From the NCBI GenBank assembly GCA_025453395.1, contig JALOQK010000001.1:10244-74243 (forward strand): a DNA stretch of 64,000 nt, given 5' to 3'. Position numbers and translations under genes: made by a program. Source of the stretch: Candidatus Omnitrophota bacterium (GTDB taxonomy: Bacteria > Omnitrophota > Gorgyraeia > Gygaellales > Profunditerraquicolaceae). Of the stretch, positions 56,695 through 64,000 are shown piece by piece (position 1 is the stretch's first letter; every line of letters starts with the position of its first letter). The notes under the pieces were generated by a model, which was given only the letters and a program-made list of their open reading frames with translations, had not been told where the DNA came from and ran no database searches.

Positions 56695-58029
56695 TTATTC
56701 AAGGCGTGCCAGATTCTCAAAACGGGTATATTCTTTAATAAAGGCCAGTTTTACCGAACCCACCGGGCCGTTACGCTGTTTGGCAAGGATGATCTCTGCT
56801 GTGCCCTGATTATCCGGAGTGGGATTGTAGTATTCTTCCCTTAAGATCAAAACTACCACATCCGCGTCCTGCTCAATAGCGCCGGACTCCCTCAAATCTG
56901 ATAACTGCGGCCTATGGTCATTGCGAGATTCTACCGCGCGCGACAACTGGCTGATGGCAATTAGCGGCACATTCAATTCGCGCGCCAAAGCCTTCAATGA
57001 CCGCGATATCTCGGAAATCTCCTGTTGGCGGCTTTCTACCGAAGAAGAACCGCGCATAAGCTGCATATAATCCAGAATGATCAATTTTATATCATGATGC
57101 GCCTTAAGCCTTCTGGCCTTAGCGCGAAGCTCCATTACTGAAATAGCCGGAGTATCGTCTATGAATATCGGCGCCTCGGATAATTTACCGGCTGCGGCAG
57201 TAAGCTTCGGCCAATCAGAAGCGGCTAAATAACCTGTGCGCACCTTATGCGCGTCAACTTTGGCGTGCGCGCAAAGCATTCTCTGCACAAGCTGTTCCTT
57301 GGACATTTCAAGGCTGAAAACCGCTACGGGGATTTTCTCCACTACCCCCGCATGTTCAGCCATGCATAAAGCAAAAGCGCTCTTGCCCATGGAAGGCCTT
57401 CCCGCGATAATGATCAAATCCGAAGGCTGCAAACCGGCAGTCTTTAAATCAAAATCAATATACCCTGTGGGGACCCCCGTGACATGGGCCTTATTCTGAT
57501 ATAAACGGTCAATAGTTTCAATACTGTCTTTGATGATCTCTTTAAGATGCAGCGCTGTCCCGCGCTGATGCCGGTCGCTTATTTCAAAAACAAGCCGCTC
57601 CGCCTGATCCACCATCTGATCCACATCGCCTTGGCTTTCATAACACAAAGAAACAATGCGGGTAGCATTATTGATCAGGGTGCGCAGGATACTTTTTTCC
57701 TTGATAATATTTACGTAATGCCGGATGTTGGCTGCGGTAGGTACAGAATTAGCCAGGGAAGTAAGAAGGCTGGCCCCTCCTATTTGCTCAAGAAGCCCCT
57801 TTACTTTTAATTCGTCGGTAAGAGTAATTAGGTCAACCGCTTTATTGGCATTATACAGGTCAAGTATAGACTCATAGATCTTGCGGTGGGAATCTTTATA
57901 AAATGAATTTATTTCAAGGTTTTCTACCGCTTGGGCGATCGCCTCTTCGTCCATGAGCATGGACCCTAAGGCTGCCATTTCCGCTTCTAAATTCTGCGGT
58001 TGGAGTTTGTCTATGGAGAGTTCGGGCAT
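56695..58029 (-). CDS. dnaB: replicative DNA helicase
   Basis: GRPSMGKS, FSLEM, DYMQL, SQLSR, LSDLRESGAIEQDAD, KQRNG; no intein. Confidence 0.98.
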   Translation of the reverse strand: MPELSIDKLQPQNLEAEMAALGSMLMDEEAIAQAVENLEINSFYKDSHRKIYESILDLYNANKAVDLITLTDELKVKGLLEQIGGASLLTSLANSVPTAANIRHYVNIIKEKSILRTLINNATRIVSLCYESQGDVDQMVDQAERLVFEISDRHQRGTALHLKEIIKDSIETIDRLYQNKAHVTGVPTGYIDFDLKTAGLQPSDLIIIAGRPSMGKSAFALCMAEHAGVVEKIPVAVFSLEMSKEQLVQRMLCAHAKVDAHKVRTGYLAASDWPKLTAAAGKLSEAPIFIDDTPAISVMELRAKARRLKAHHDIKLIILDYMQLMRGSSSVESRQQEISEISRSLKALARELNVPLIAISQLSRAVESRNDHRPQLSDLRESGAIEQDADVVVLILREEYYNPTPDNQGTAEIILAKQRNGPVGSVKLAFIKEYTRFENLARLE

Positions 58030-58395
58030 AATAAAAGTTTAAAAGTTAAAGCGAAAAACTAAAAATTATAATTCAAAAGTAAAAAGTTAGAAACCAAAGC
58101 AAAAACTTAAAGAAGAAAAACAAACAAAATCAAAAGAGCAAATCAAAAACAGAAATTTAAAAATTTAAAATCAAATAATACCAACACATTTAACCTAAAA
58201 TACGATAATCTTAGAATTTTAACTTATATTTTAAACTTAACTTCTGACTCACCAATAATAATTTTTAATTTTATCGGATTTATTTTTGCCTTACTTTGAT
58301 TTGTTTTTGTTTTATTCTGTCTTATTTCCCTTCTTGTTTCTTACTTTTTAATTTTTACTTATAGTTTTAAATTTTTACTTTTGACTTTTTACTTT
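58030..58395. repeat. about 360-bp AT-rich imperfect inverted repeat
   Basis: A-rich left arm and T-rich right arm with matching words and roughly 7-nt periodicity. Confidence 0.75.
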
Positions 58396-58832
58396 TTTAC
58401 TATCCACACTTTAATTTTAGTAATTACTTCCGGATGAAGCTTCACTGTAACTTCATATATACCTAAAGACTTAGCCGGCTCATCAAGAATGATCTTGTTT
58501 TTATCAATTTCTATGCCTTCATCTTTAAGCTCCGAGATTATATCTTGAACGCTTATGCTGCCGTAAAGCTTATCATCATCTTTGGTCAGAACAGGCAAGG
58601 TAAGAGACACCTTATCAAGCTTATTTTTTAATTCTAAAGCCTGCTCTTTATCCTTTTGCTGTTTTTGGTCAGCATGTTTTTTGTCATCTTCTAGTTTCTT
58701 CAAGTTAACACTGTTGACTGGAACAGCTAATTTATTGGGGATAAGGAAATTCCTGGCAAAACCGTCCTTGGCCTTGATGATTTGCCCAGCCTTACCGATC
58801 CGCTCCACATCCCGCGTAAGGATGACTTCCAT
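58389..58832 (-). CDS. rplI: 50S ribosomal protein bL9
   Basis: KDGFARNFLIP, KLYGSI, LG.Y.V..KLH. Confidence 0.97.
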   Translation of the reverse strand: MEVILTRDVERIGKAGQIIKAKDGFARNFLIPNKLAVPVNSVNLKKLEDDKKHADQKQQKDKEQALELKNKLDKVSLTLPVLTKDDDKLYGSISVQDIISELKDEGIEIDKNKIILDEPAKSLGIYEVTVKLHPEVITKIKVWIVKK

Positions 58833-58865
58833 AAAAACCTCCCGCTTATAAAAATAAAATTCTGA

Positions 58866-59135
58866 TTAAGAACGCACGTAAGGTATCAAAGAAAGAAAGC
58901 GCGCTTTCTTAAGCGCCTCTGATGCCATTCTCTGGTGACGGGCGCAATTTCCGGTAGCGCGCACAGAAGCAATCTTGCCCCTGTCGCGGACATAAAACTC
59001 TAATCTCCTGACATCTTTATAGTCAACGCCTTTTACCTTCTCAAGGCACATCCTGCAAACCTTCTTCCTTAAGATGCCAAGCTTATTCTTATCTTTCTTA
59101 AGGTTCTTTTTAAAAAGTGGTTTCTTATCCCTCAT
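58866..59135 (-). CDS. rpsR: 30S ribosomal protein bS18 (Zn-motif form)
   Basis: CRMC, DYKD, RGKI, TGNCARHQR, KARFL. Confidence 0.95.
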   Translation of the reverse strand: MRDKKPLFKKNLKKDKNKLGILRKKVCRMCLEKVKGVDYKDVRRLEFYVRDRGKIASVRATGNCARHQRMASEALKKARFLSLIPYVRS

Positions 59136-59574
59136 TTAGATTGTCCTCGCTTTCTTCCAACCAGCTTGCTTCGCTTGTAGATTCAGATGAAGCAGGCGCG
59201 GCCTGTTGTTGCGCAGCAGCGTCAGGGGCTTTTCCTTCGCCGGGCTTGCCTCCCAAAAATTGCACTCTTTCCGCGCGCACCTCAATAACGCTTTTTTTCT
59301 GCCCGGTATTGTCTTCCCATGAGCGCGACTGAAGCCTGCCCTCAATAAAAACCGAACGGCCTTTTTGTAAATACTGGTTACAGACTTCCGCCTGTTTATC
59401 CCAAACTACCACGGTAATAAAACAAACTTCCTCTTTTTGTTCCTGATTACGGTCACGGTACTTGCGATTTATAGCCATTCGCAAATTAGCAACAGCAGTA
59501 CCCTGCGGGGTATAACGTAATTCCGGGTCTTTAGTAAGATTGCCGATCAACAAAACTTTATTCAGGCTTGCCAT
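59125..59574 (-). CDS. ssb: single-stranded DNA-binding protein
   Basis: NKVLLIGNLTKDPELRYT, EGRLQSRSW. Confidence 0.96.
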   Translation of the reverse strand: MASLNKVLLIGNLTKDPELRYTPQGTAVANLRMAINRKYRDRNQEQKEEVCFITVVVWDKQAEVCNQYLQKGRSVFIEGRLQSRSWEDNTGQKKSVIEVRAERVQFLGGKPGEGKAPDAAAQQQAAPASSESTSEASWLEESEDNLNEG

Positions 59575-59589
59575 ATATGGCTCCTTTTC

Positions 59590-59880
59590 TTAAGCCTCAA
59601 GGCGGGTAATTAAAAACCTTAAGATATTTTCGTTAAGCGTGTAAATCTGCTTTAATTTTACTATTCCCTGCGGCGGCATATTAAAACCGATCAAATAATA
59701 AACTGCCTCGCTGAATTTCTTAATCGGGAAATACAATTTCTTCCTATCTGACCAAACTCCAGAAGAAGAAACCACGCCTTCATTTTTCACGATTAGTTCC
59801 GCAAGATGCGAAAACAAAGTTTTTCTCGCCTCTTCCGGAAGATCCGGCCTGACAAGAACCATTACTTCATACTTATTCAT
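59590..59880 (-). CDS. rpsF: 30S ribosomal protein bS6
   Basis: YE...RPDL, W..KKL.FPIKK, ILRFL; synteny with ssb-rpsR. Confidence 0.92.
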   Translation of the reverse strand: MNKYEVMVLVRPDLPEEARKTLFSHLAELIVKNEGVVSSSGVWSDRKKLYFPIKKFSEAVYYLIGFNMPPQGIVKLKQIYTLNENILRFLITRLEA

Positions 59881-60463
59881 TACACTGCTCCTTGTTTACT
59901 TTTTTATTAAAGATTTCCATTGCCTTATTAATGCCAAACTCCGCCCAGATATAACAACATTGCACTGCTTTTCTTAAGATCTGCTCTTTTTCGCCATTTT
60001 CCGATTGGGTAAATCTGGAAAGAACATATTCTGATACAAAATCCTTATCCTTGGGCCTTCCAATGCCAAGGCGCAGGCGGCAAAAATCCTTATCTTTAAG
60101 GCTTGAAGCTATGGATTCAAGGCCATGATGCCCGGCGCTTGAACCGCCTTGTTTTATTTTCATCCTGCCTAACTGCAGATCCAGGTCATCGCAGATTATC
60201 AAAATATCTCCGGAGGCAACCTTAAACTTACCCGCCAGATATTTGATGCTTGCCCCGGAAAGATTCATAAAAGTAAGAGGCCGGGCTAAAATAAATTCCT
60301 TACCTTTATAATGCATGCGGCAGAAAGCAGTCTTGCTAAAAATACCTTTTTTAAGAACAACGCCCTGTTTACGGGCAAGCGCCTCAATCGCATCAAATCC
60401 TATATTGTGGCGTGAGCCTAAATAGGCTTTACCCGGATTACCCAAACCAGCAATAAGTTTCAT
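59873..60463 (-). CDS. pth: peptidyl-tRNA hydrolase
   Basis: GLGNPG, RHNIG, PLTFMNLSG, DDLDL, GHHG, RLRLGIGRP. Confidence 0.96.
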   Translation of the reverse strand: MKLIAGLGNPGKAYLGSRHNIGFDAIEALARKQGVVLKKGIFSKTAFCRMHYKGKEFILARPLTFMNLSGASIKYLAGKFKVASGDILIICDDLDLQLGRMKIKQGGSSAGHHGLESIASSLKDKDFCRLRLGIGRPKDKDFVSEYVLSRFTQSENGEKEQILRKAVQCCYIWAEFGINKAMEIFNKKVNKEQCNE

Positions 60464-60465
60464 GC

Positions 60466-61140
60466 CTATTTTTTCTCAGGCTCTTGGCCTTCGGCAGCAG
60501 GGACTTCTTTCTTTTCCTTGATCACTTCCAATTCCGGCTTCTCTTCGCCTTCTACTTCCACCGGCACTTCTATTACCGGCTTATTACAAGACAAGGCAAT
60601 AGCATCCATGGGGGTCAGTATTTTCACCCCTTCAGGTACAGCCAAATCCTTAACATGTATGGAATCGCCTAATTTCAAAGAAGTAACATCTACCTCTATA
60701 TGCTTAGGGATATTTAAAGGCAAACATTCAATTTCAATTTCCCAGAGTATGTGCTCTAAAGAGCCGCCTTCCTGCTTCACGCCCACAGGTTCTCCCTTGG
60801 CCGTAAGCGGGATATTCAACTTAATTACCTTGGTAAGCGAAATCTCATTAAAATCCACGTGCACAATATCGCCTTTTACCGGATGATACTGTATTTCTTT
60901 GATCAGGCACGGCCGGTCTTTTTTGACTTTATCATCCTGAATTTTTACCTTAATGACCACGTTCTCAAGGCGGTGCTGGTGCAAAAGGTGGAACAGCTCT
61001 TTATGCGACACCTTAATGGCCTGCGCGTCTTTACCTTCAGCATAGATAACAGCAGGAATAAAGCCTGCGTCGCGGATATCCTTAACTTTTCCTCTTCCTA
61101 TTTCTTCTCTTTTTTGTGCCGCTAAAAATATTTCTTCCAT
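60466..61140 (-). CDS. rplY: 50S ribosomal protein bL25/Ctc
   Basis: G.IPAVIY, Q.HP....HVDF, GVK.EGG. Confidence 0.95.
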   Translation of the reverse strand: MEEIFLAAQKREEIGRGKVKDIRDAGFIPAVIYAEGKDAQAIKVSHKELFHLLHQHRLENVVIKVKIQDDKVKKDRPCLIKEIQYHPVKGDIVHVDFNEISLTKVIKLNIPLTAKGEPVGVKQEGGSLEHILWEIEIECLPLNIPKHIEVDVTSLKLGDSIHVKDLAVPEGVKILTPMDAIALSCNKPVIEVPVEVEGEEKPELEVIKEKKEVPAAEGQEPEKK

Positions 61141-61158
61141 GACTTTAAACTCTCCTTC

Positions 61159-62097
61159 TTAATCAAACAAACAACTCACCGATTCTTCGCGATGAATCCT
61201 CTTGATCGCCTCAGCCAATAAAGGCGCGACAGATAAAACATTGATCCGGGGATTCTTCTTCTCTTCTGTAAGGGGGATACTGTTGGTGATGACCAGCTCC
61301 TCCATATCTTTACATTTATCTATTCTCTCAATCGCCGGGCCGGAAAGAACACCATGGGTAATGGCAGCCCTTATACTTTTTGCGCCTGCCTCTTTTAAGG
61401 CATAGACTGCTTCAATAAGTGAACTTCCCGTAGCGATAAGATCGTCAGTGATAATAGCATGTTTCCCGCGCACCTCTCCTAAAATATGCAAAACCTCTGT
61501 TTTTTCAGGGGAATCGCGCCTTTTATCAATAATGGCAAGCCCTGCAGAAAGCCTCTTGGCATAGGCACGCGCCATTTTAATACTTCCCACATCCGGTGAC
61601 ACAATAACCATATCCTGCATGTGCATTTTCTTAAAATATTCAATAAAAACTCCGATGGCAAAAAGGTGGTCCACCGGAATATCAAAAAACCCCTGGATCT
61701 GCCCGGCATGCAAGTCCATAGTTAATATACGGTCTGCCCCGGCTGTAGTCAAAAGATTGGCCACTAATTTAGCGGTTATAGGAACGCGCGGCTGGTCTTT
61801 TCTGTCCTGGCGGGCATAGCCAAAATAAGGGATAACCGGAGTAATCCGGCTTGCCGAAGCCCTTTTTAAGGCATCAATCATAATTAAAAGCTCTACTAAA
61901 TTATCATTTACCGGGGGGCAGGTCGGCTGCACCAGAAAAACATCTTTACCTCTAACATTTTCATTTACCTGGACTCTAATTTCGCCTTCACTGAACTTAC
62001 CCACCAGCGTATCAGTAATTTTCATCTTAAGATAAGCGCATATCTCTTTGGCAAGTTCACTATGCGCGTTTCCGGAAATCACCGCTAATTTTTCCAT
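61159..62097 (-). CDS. prs: ribose-phosphate pyrophosphokinase
   Basis: FSEGE, PYFGYARQDRK, DLHAGQIQGFF, DD.IATG. Confidence 0.97.
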   Translation of the reverse strand: MEKLAVISGNAHSELAKEICAYLKMKITDTLVGKFSEGEIRVQVNENVRGKDVFLVQPTCPPVNDNLVELLIMIDALKRASASRITPVIPYFGYARQDRKDQPRVPITAKLVANLLTTAGADRILTMDLHAGQIQGFFDIPVDHLFAIGVFIEYFKKMHMQDMVIVSPDVGSIKMARAYAKRLSAGLAIIDKRRDSPEKTEVLHILGEVRGKHAIITDDLIATGSSLIEAVYALKEAGAKSIRAAITHGVLSGPAIERIDKCKDMEELVITNSIPLTEEKKNPRINVLSVAPLLAEAIKRIHREESVSCLFD

Positions 62098-62102
62098 ATA
62101 TC

Positions 62103-63359
62103 CTACCTCTTTTTTAATAATTTAGCTGGAACCCCTACCACAGTTTTACCCGAAGGAACTTTTGTTTTTACTACTACTGACCCCGCCCCTGTCCTGGCAG
62201 AGTTACCGATAGTAACAGGAGATACCAAAACGCTATCCGAACCGATAAAAGCGTTCTTGCCGATAGTAGTATTATGTTTATTCTTGCCGTCAAAATTGGC
62301 GATCACTGTCCCGGCGCCGATATTCACATTCTGCCCTAAAGAGGCATCTCCCAAGTAGCTGAAATGTTTGACAAAAGTGCCGGATTTTATGGAAGAGCGC
62401 ACGCTTTCCACAAAATTGCCTACTACCACATTATTTCCGATTATGGTGCCTTCTCTAAGGTGGGAGCATGGGCCGACTGAACAATGTTTTCCAATTTTAA
62501 CACTTTTTTCAATAACTGTAAAGGGATAAATCACGCTATCCTGTCCAATTTTAGCCCCGTAACTTATAAAGGTTGTATCCGGGCTTATGATGGTAACACC
62601 TTTCTTCATAACCTCTTCATTGATCCTTGCCTGCATAATTTTGTTTGCCTTGGCAAGCTCAATCCGAGAGTTAACTCCTAATGCCTCATTCACATCAGAG
62701 GTTTTAATATTGCCGGTTAATCGAGCGTTTTTGTAAATAATCCCGATGACATCAGTCAGATAATACTCTTTTTTCTTGTTATTGGGCCTGACCTTGGCTA
62801 ATGAGCGCGCAAGATCTTTAGCCTTAAAACACATAATGCCGGTGTTTATTTCTTTGATATTCTTCTGAAAATCATCCGCGTCTTTTTCTTCCACGATCCC
62901 GCAGATACAGGAATATTTATCCCGCAAAATCCTGCCATAGCCTTGCGGCTTGTCCATATCCGCGGTCAAAAGTGTTACCGCGCAATCATTATCTTGGTGA
63001 TACTTAATCAGATCTTTAAGGGTCTTTTCTTTTAAAAGCGGATTATCCGCGTATAAAACCAAAACCGTGCCGGTAAAACCCTTTAGGGCGCGCATCCCCT
63101 CTTTTACCGCATCTGCAGTGCCTAAAAGTTTTTTCTGCTTTACCCTTAAAACTGCTTCGGGTAAAAGTTGGGCTACTTGCGCATAGCCATACCCTAAAAC
63201 AACAGCTGTCTTTGCCGGCTTCAGGCTCTTTGCCAAGTCCAAGACATAATTTATAAGAGGCCGCGAACACAAAAGATGAGCTGCCTTGGGCAGGATGGAT
63301 TTCATGCGCGTGCTTTTTCCCGCCGCCAGAATAATTACCGCTAAATCATTTTTTTTCAT
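62103..63359 (-). CDS. glmU: GlmU-like bifunctional uridyltransferase/acetyltransferase (short)
   Basis: LAAGKSTRMKS..PK, GTADAV, YGRI, EYYLTD, hexapeptide repeats, YLGDA, NIGAG. Confidence 0.9.
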   Translation of the reverse strand: MKKNDLAVIILAAGKSTRMKSILPKAAHLLCSRPLINYVLDLAKSLKPAKTAVVLGYGYAQVAQLLPEAVLRVKQKKLLGTADAVKEGMRALKGFTGTVLVLYADNPLLKEKTLKDLIKYHQDNDCAVTLLTADMDKPQGYGRILRDKYSCICGIVEEKDADDFQKNIKEINTGIMCFKAKDLARSLAKVRPNNKKKEYYLTDVIGIIYKNARLTGNIKTSDVNEALGVNSRIELAKANKIMQARINEEVMKKGVTIISPDTTFISYGAKIGQDSVIYPFTVIEKSVKIGKHCSVGPCSHLREGTIIGNNVVVGNFVESVRSSIKSGTFVKHFSYLGDASLGQNVNIGAGTVIANFDGKNKHNTTIGKNAFIGSDSVLVSPVTIGNSARTGAGSVVVKTKVPSGKTVVGVPAKLLKKR

Positions 63360-63407
63360 GATTTCTTATATTCTTGGTTTTGTTTTTTACTTTTTACTTT
63401 TACCTTT

Positions 63408-63950
63408 TTACTTTTTTATATATGCCTTGATAATTTTCTGCTCTGAAACAGGCCTATCGCCGGCATCCACAGCGGTATTCTCTATTTTCTGCACCGCGTC
63501 ATAACCGCCTGTAACTTTACCAAAAATAGTATGGCGCATGTTTAAGTGCGGCGTAGGAACAGTTGTGATAAAAAACTGGCTGCCGTTGGTATTTGGCCCG
63601 GCGTTTGCCATAGCTAAGATTCCCGGGGAATCAAATTTTACGCTTGTTGATACCTCATCTTCAAAAGGCCCGCCCCAGATAGATTCTCCGCCGCGGCCTG
63701 TGCCAGTAGGGTCTCCGCCCTGGATCATGAATTGCTTGATCACGCGGTGAAAAATTATCCCGTTATAATAACCCTTTTCGACTAAACCGACAAAATTTTC
63801 ACAAGTCTTAGGCGCCACATCCGGCATAAGTGTCAATTCAATATTCCCCTGATTTGTTTCCAAAACCACGGTTTGAGCGTCCATCGCCTGTAATCCTCCT
63901 GTGATAAGGTTAAGAAATAAAAACGCCGCAAAAATAATTATTTTCTTCAT
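63408..63950 (-). CDS. cyclophilin-type peptidyl-prolyl isomerase with signal peptide
   Basis: [34 protein letters not shown]. Confidence 0.95.
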   Translation of the reverse strand: MKKIIIFAAFLFLNLITGGLQAMDAQTVVLETNQGNIELTLMPDVAPKTCENFVGLVEKGYYNGIIFHRVIKQFMIQGGDPTGTGRGGESIWGGPFEDEVSTSVKFDSPGILAMANAGPNTNGSQFFITTVPTPHLNMRHTIFGKVTGGYDAVQKIENTAVDAGDRPVSEQKIIKAYIKK

Positions 63951-64000
63951 TTCTTGTCTCCTTTAGTTGATCTATAATGTTAGTCCCTCGCGTAAGCGCT

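Noticed and set aside
58030-58388. oriC next to dnaB
   Set aside because: AT-rich but no TTATCCACA-like box cluster seen, and gene orientation does not switch.

Overview
64-kb chromosomal segment of an anaerobic diderm bacterium. The bamA-skp-lpxD-lpxC/fabZ-lpxA-lpxI block, gene styles and intergenic repeat types suggest Candidatus Omnitrophota/PVC; this taxonomy is inference. All genes but one lie on the minus strand. From right to left: housekeeping block (ppi, glmU, prs, rplY, pth, rpsF-ssb-rpsR-rplI, dnaB, bamA/lipid A); tRNA-Arg(TCG); a membrane protein/B12-radical SAM/methyltransferase/flavoprotein cluster; tRNA-Lys(CTT); a trimeric [FeFe]-hydrogenase whose HydB is fused to a GltD-like NADPH module, running into archease-rtcB-serS; three tRNA-Ser genes and a glucan phosphorylase; a hydrogenase maturation operon (TM1266-like, hydG, aspA, hydF) behind a structured, terminator-containing leader; hldD, yajQ, a C12orf65-like release factor, carB and a repeat-tailed RRM protein; a signalling cluster with a PilB-receiver fusion and no DNA-binding regulators; tRNA-Arg(ACG)-tadA; and tRNA-Ser(GCT). 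I saw no integrase, transposase or CRISPR array. The strongest leads are: (1) non-coding repeat modules shared by the flanks of different tRNA isoacceptors; (2) a candidate riboswitch or attenuator on the H-cluster maturation operon; (3) the HydB-GltD fused hydrogenase; (4) a putative phosphorelay-controlled pilus motor; (5) 7-nt periodic AT-rich hairpins between stop and start codons. All annotation is by eye from motifs, with no database searches run.
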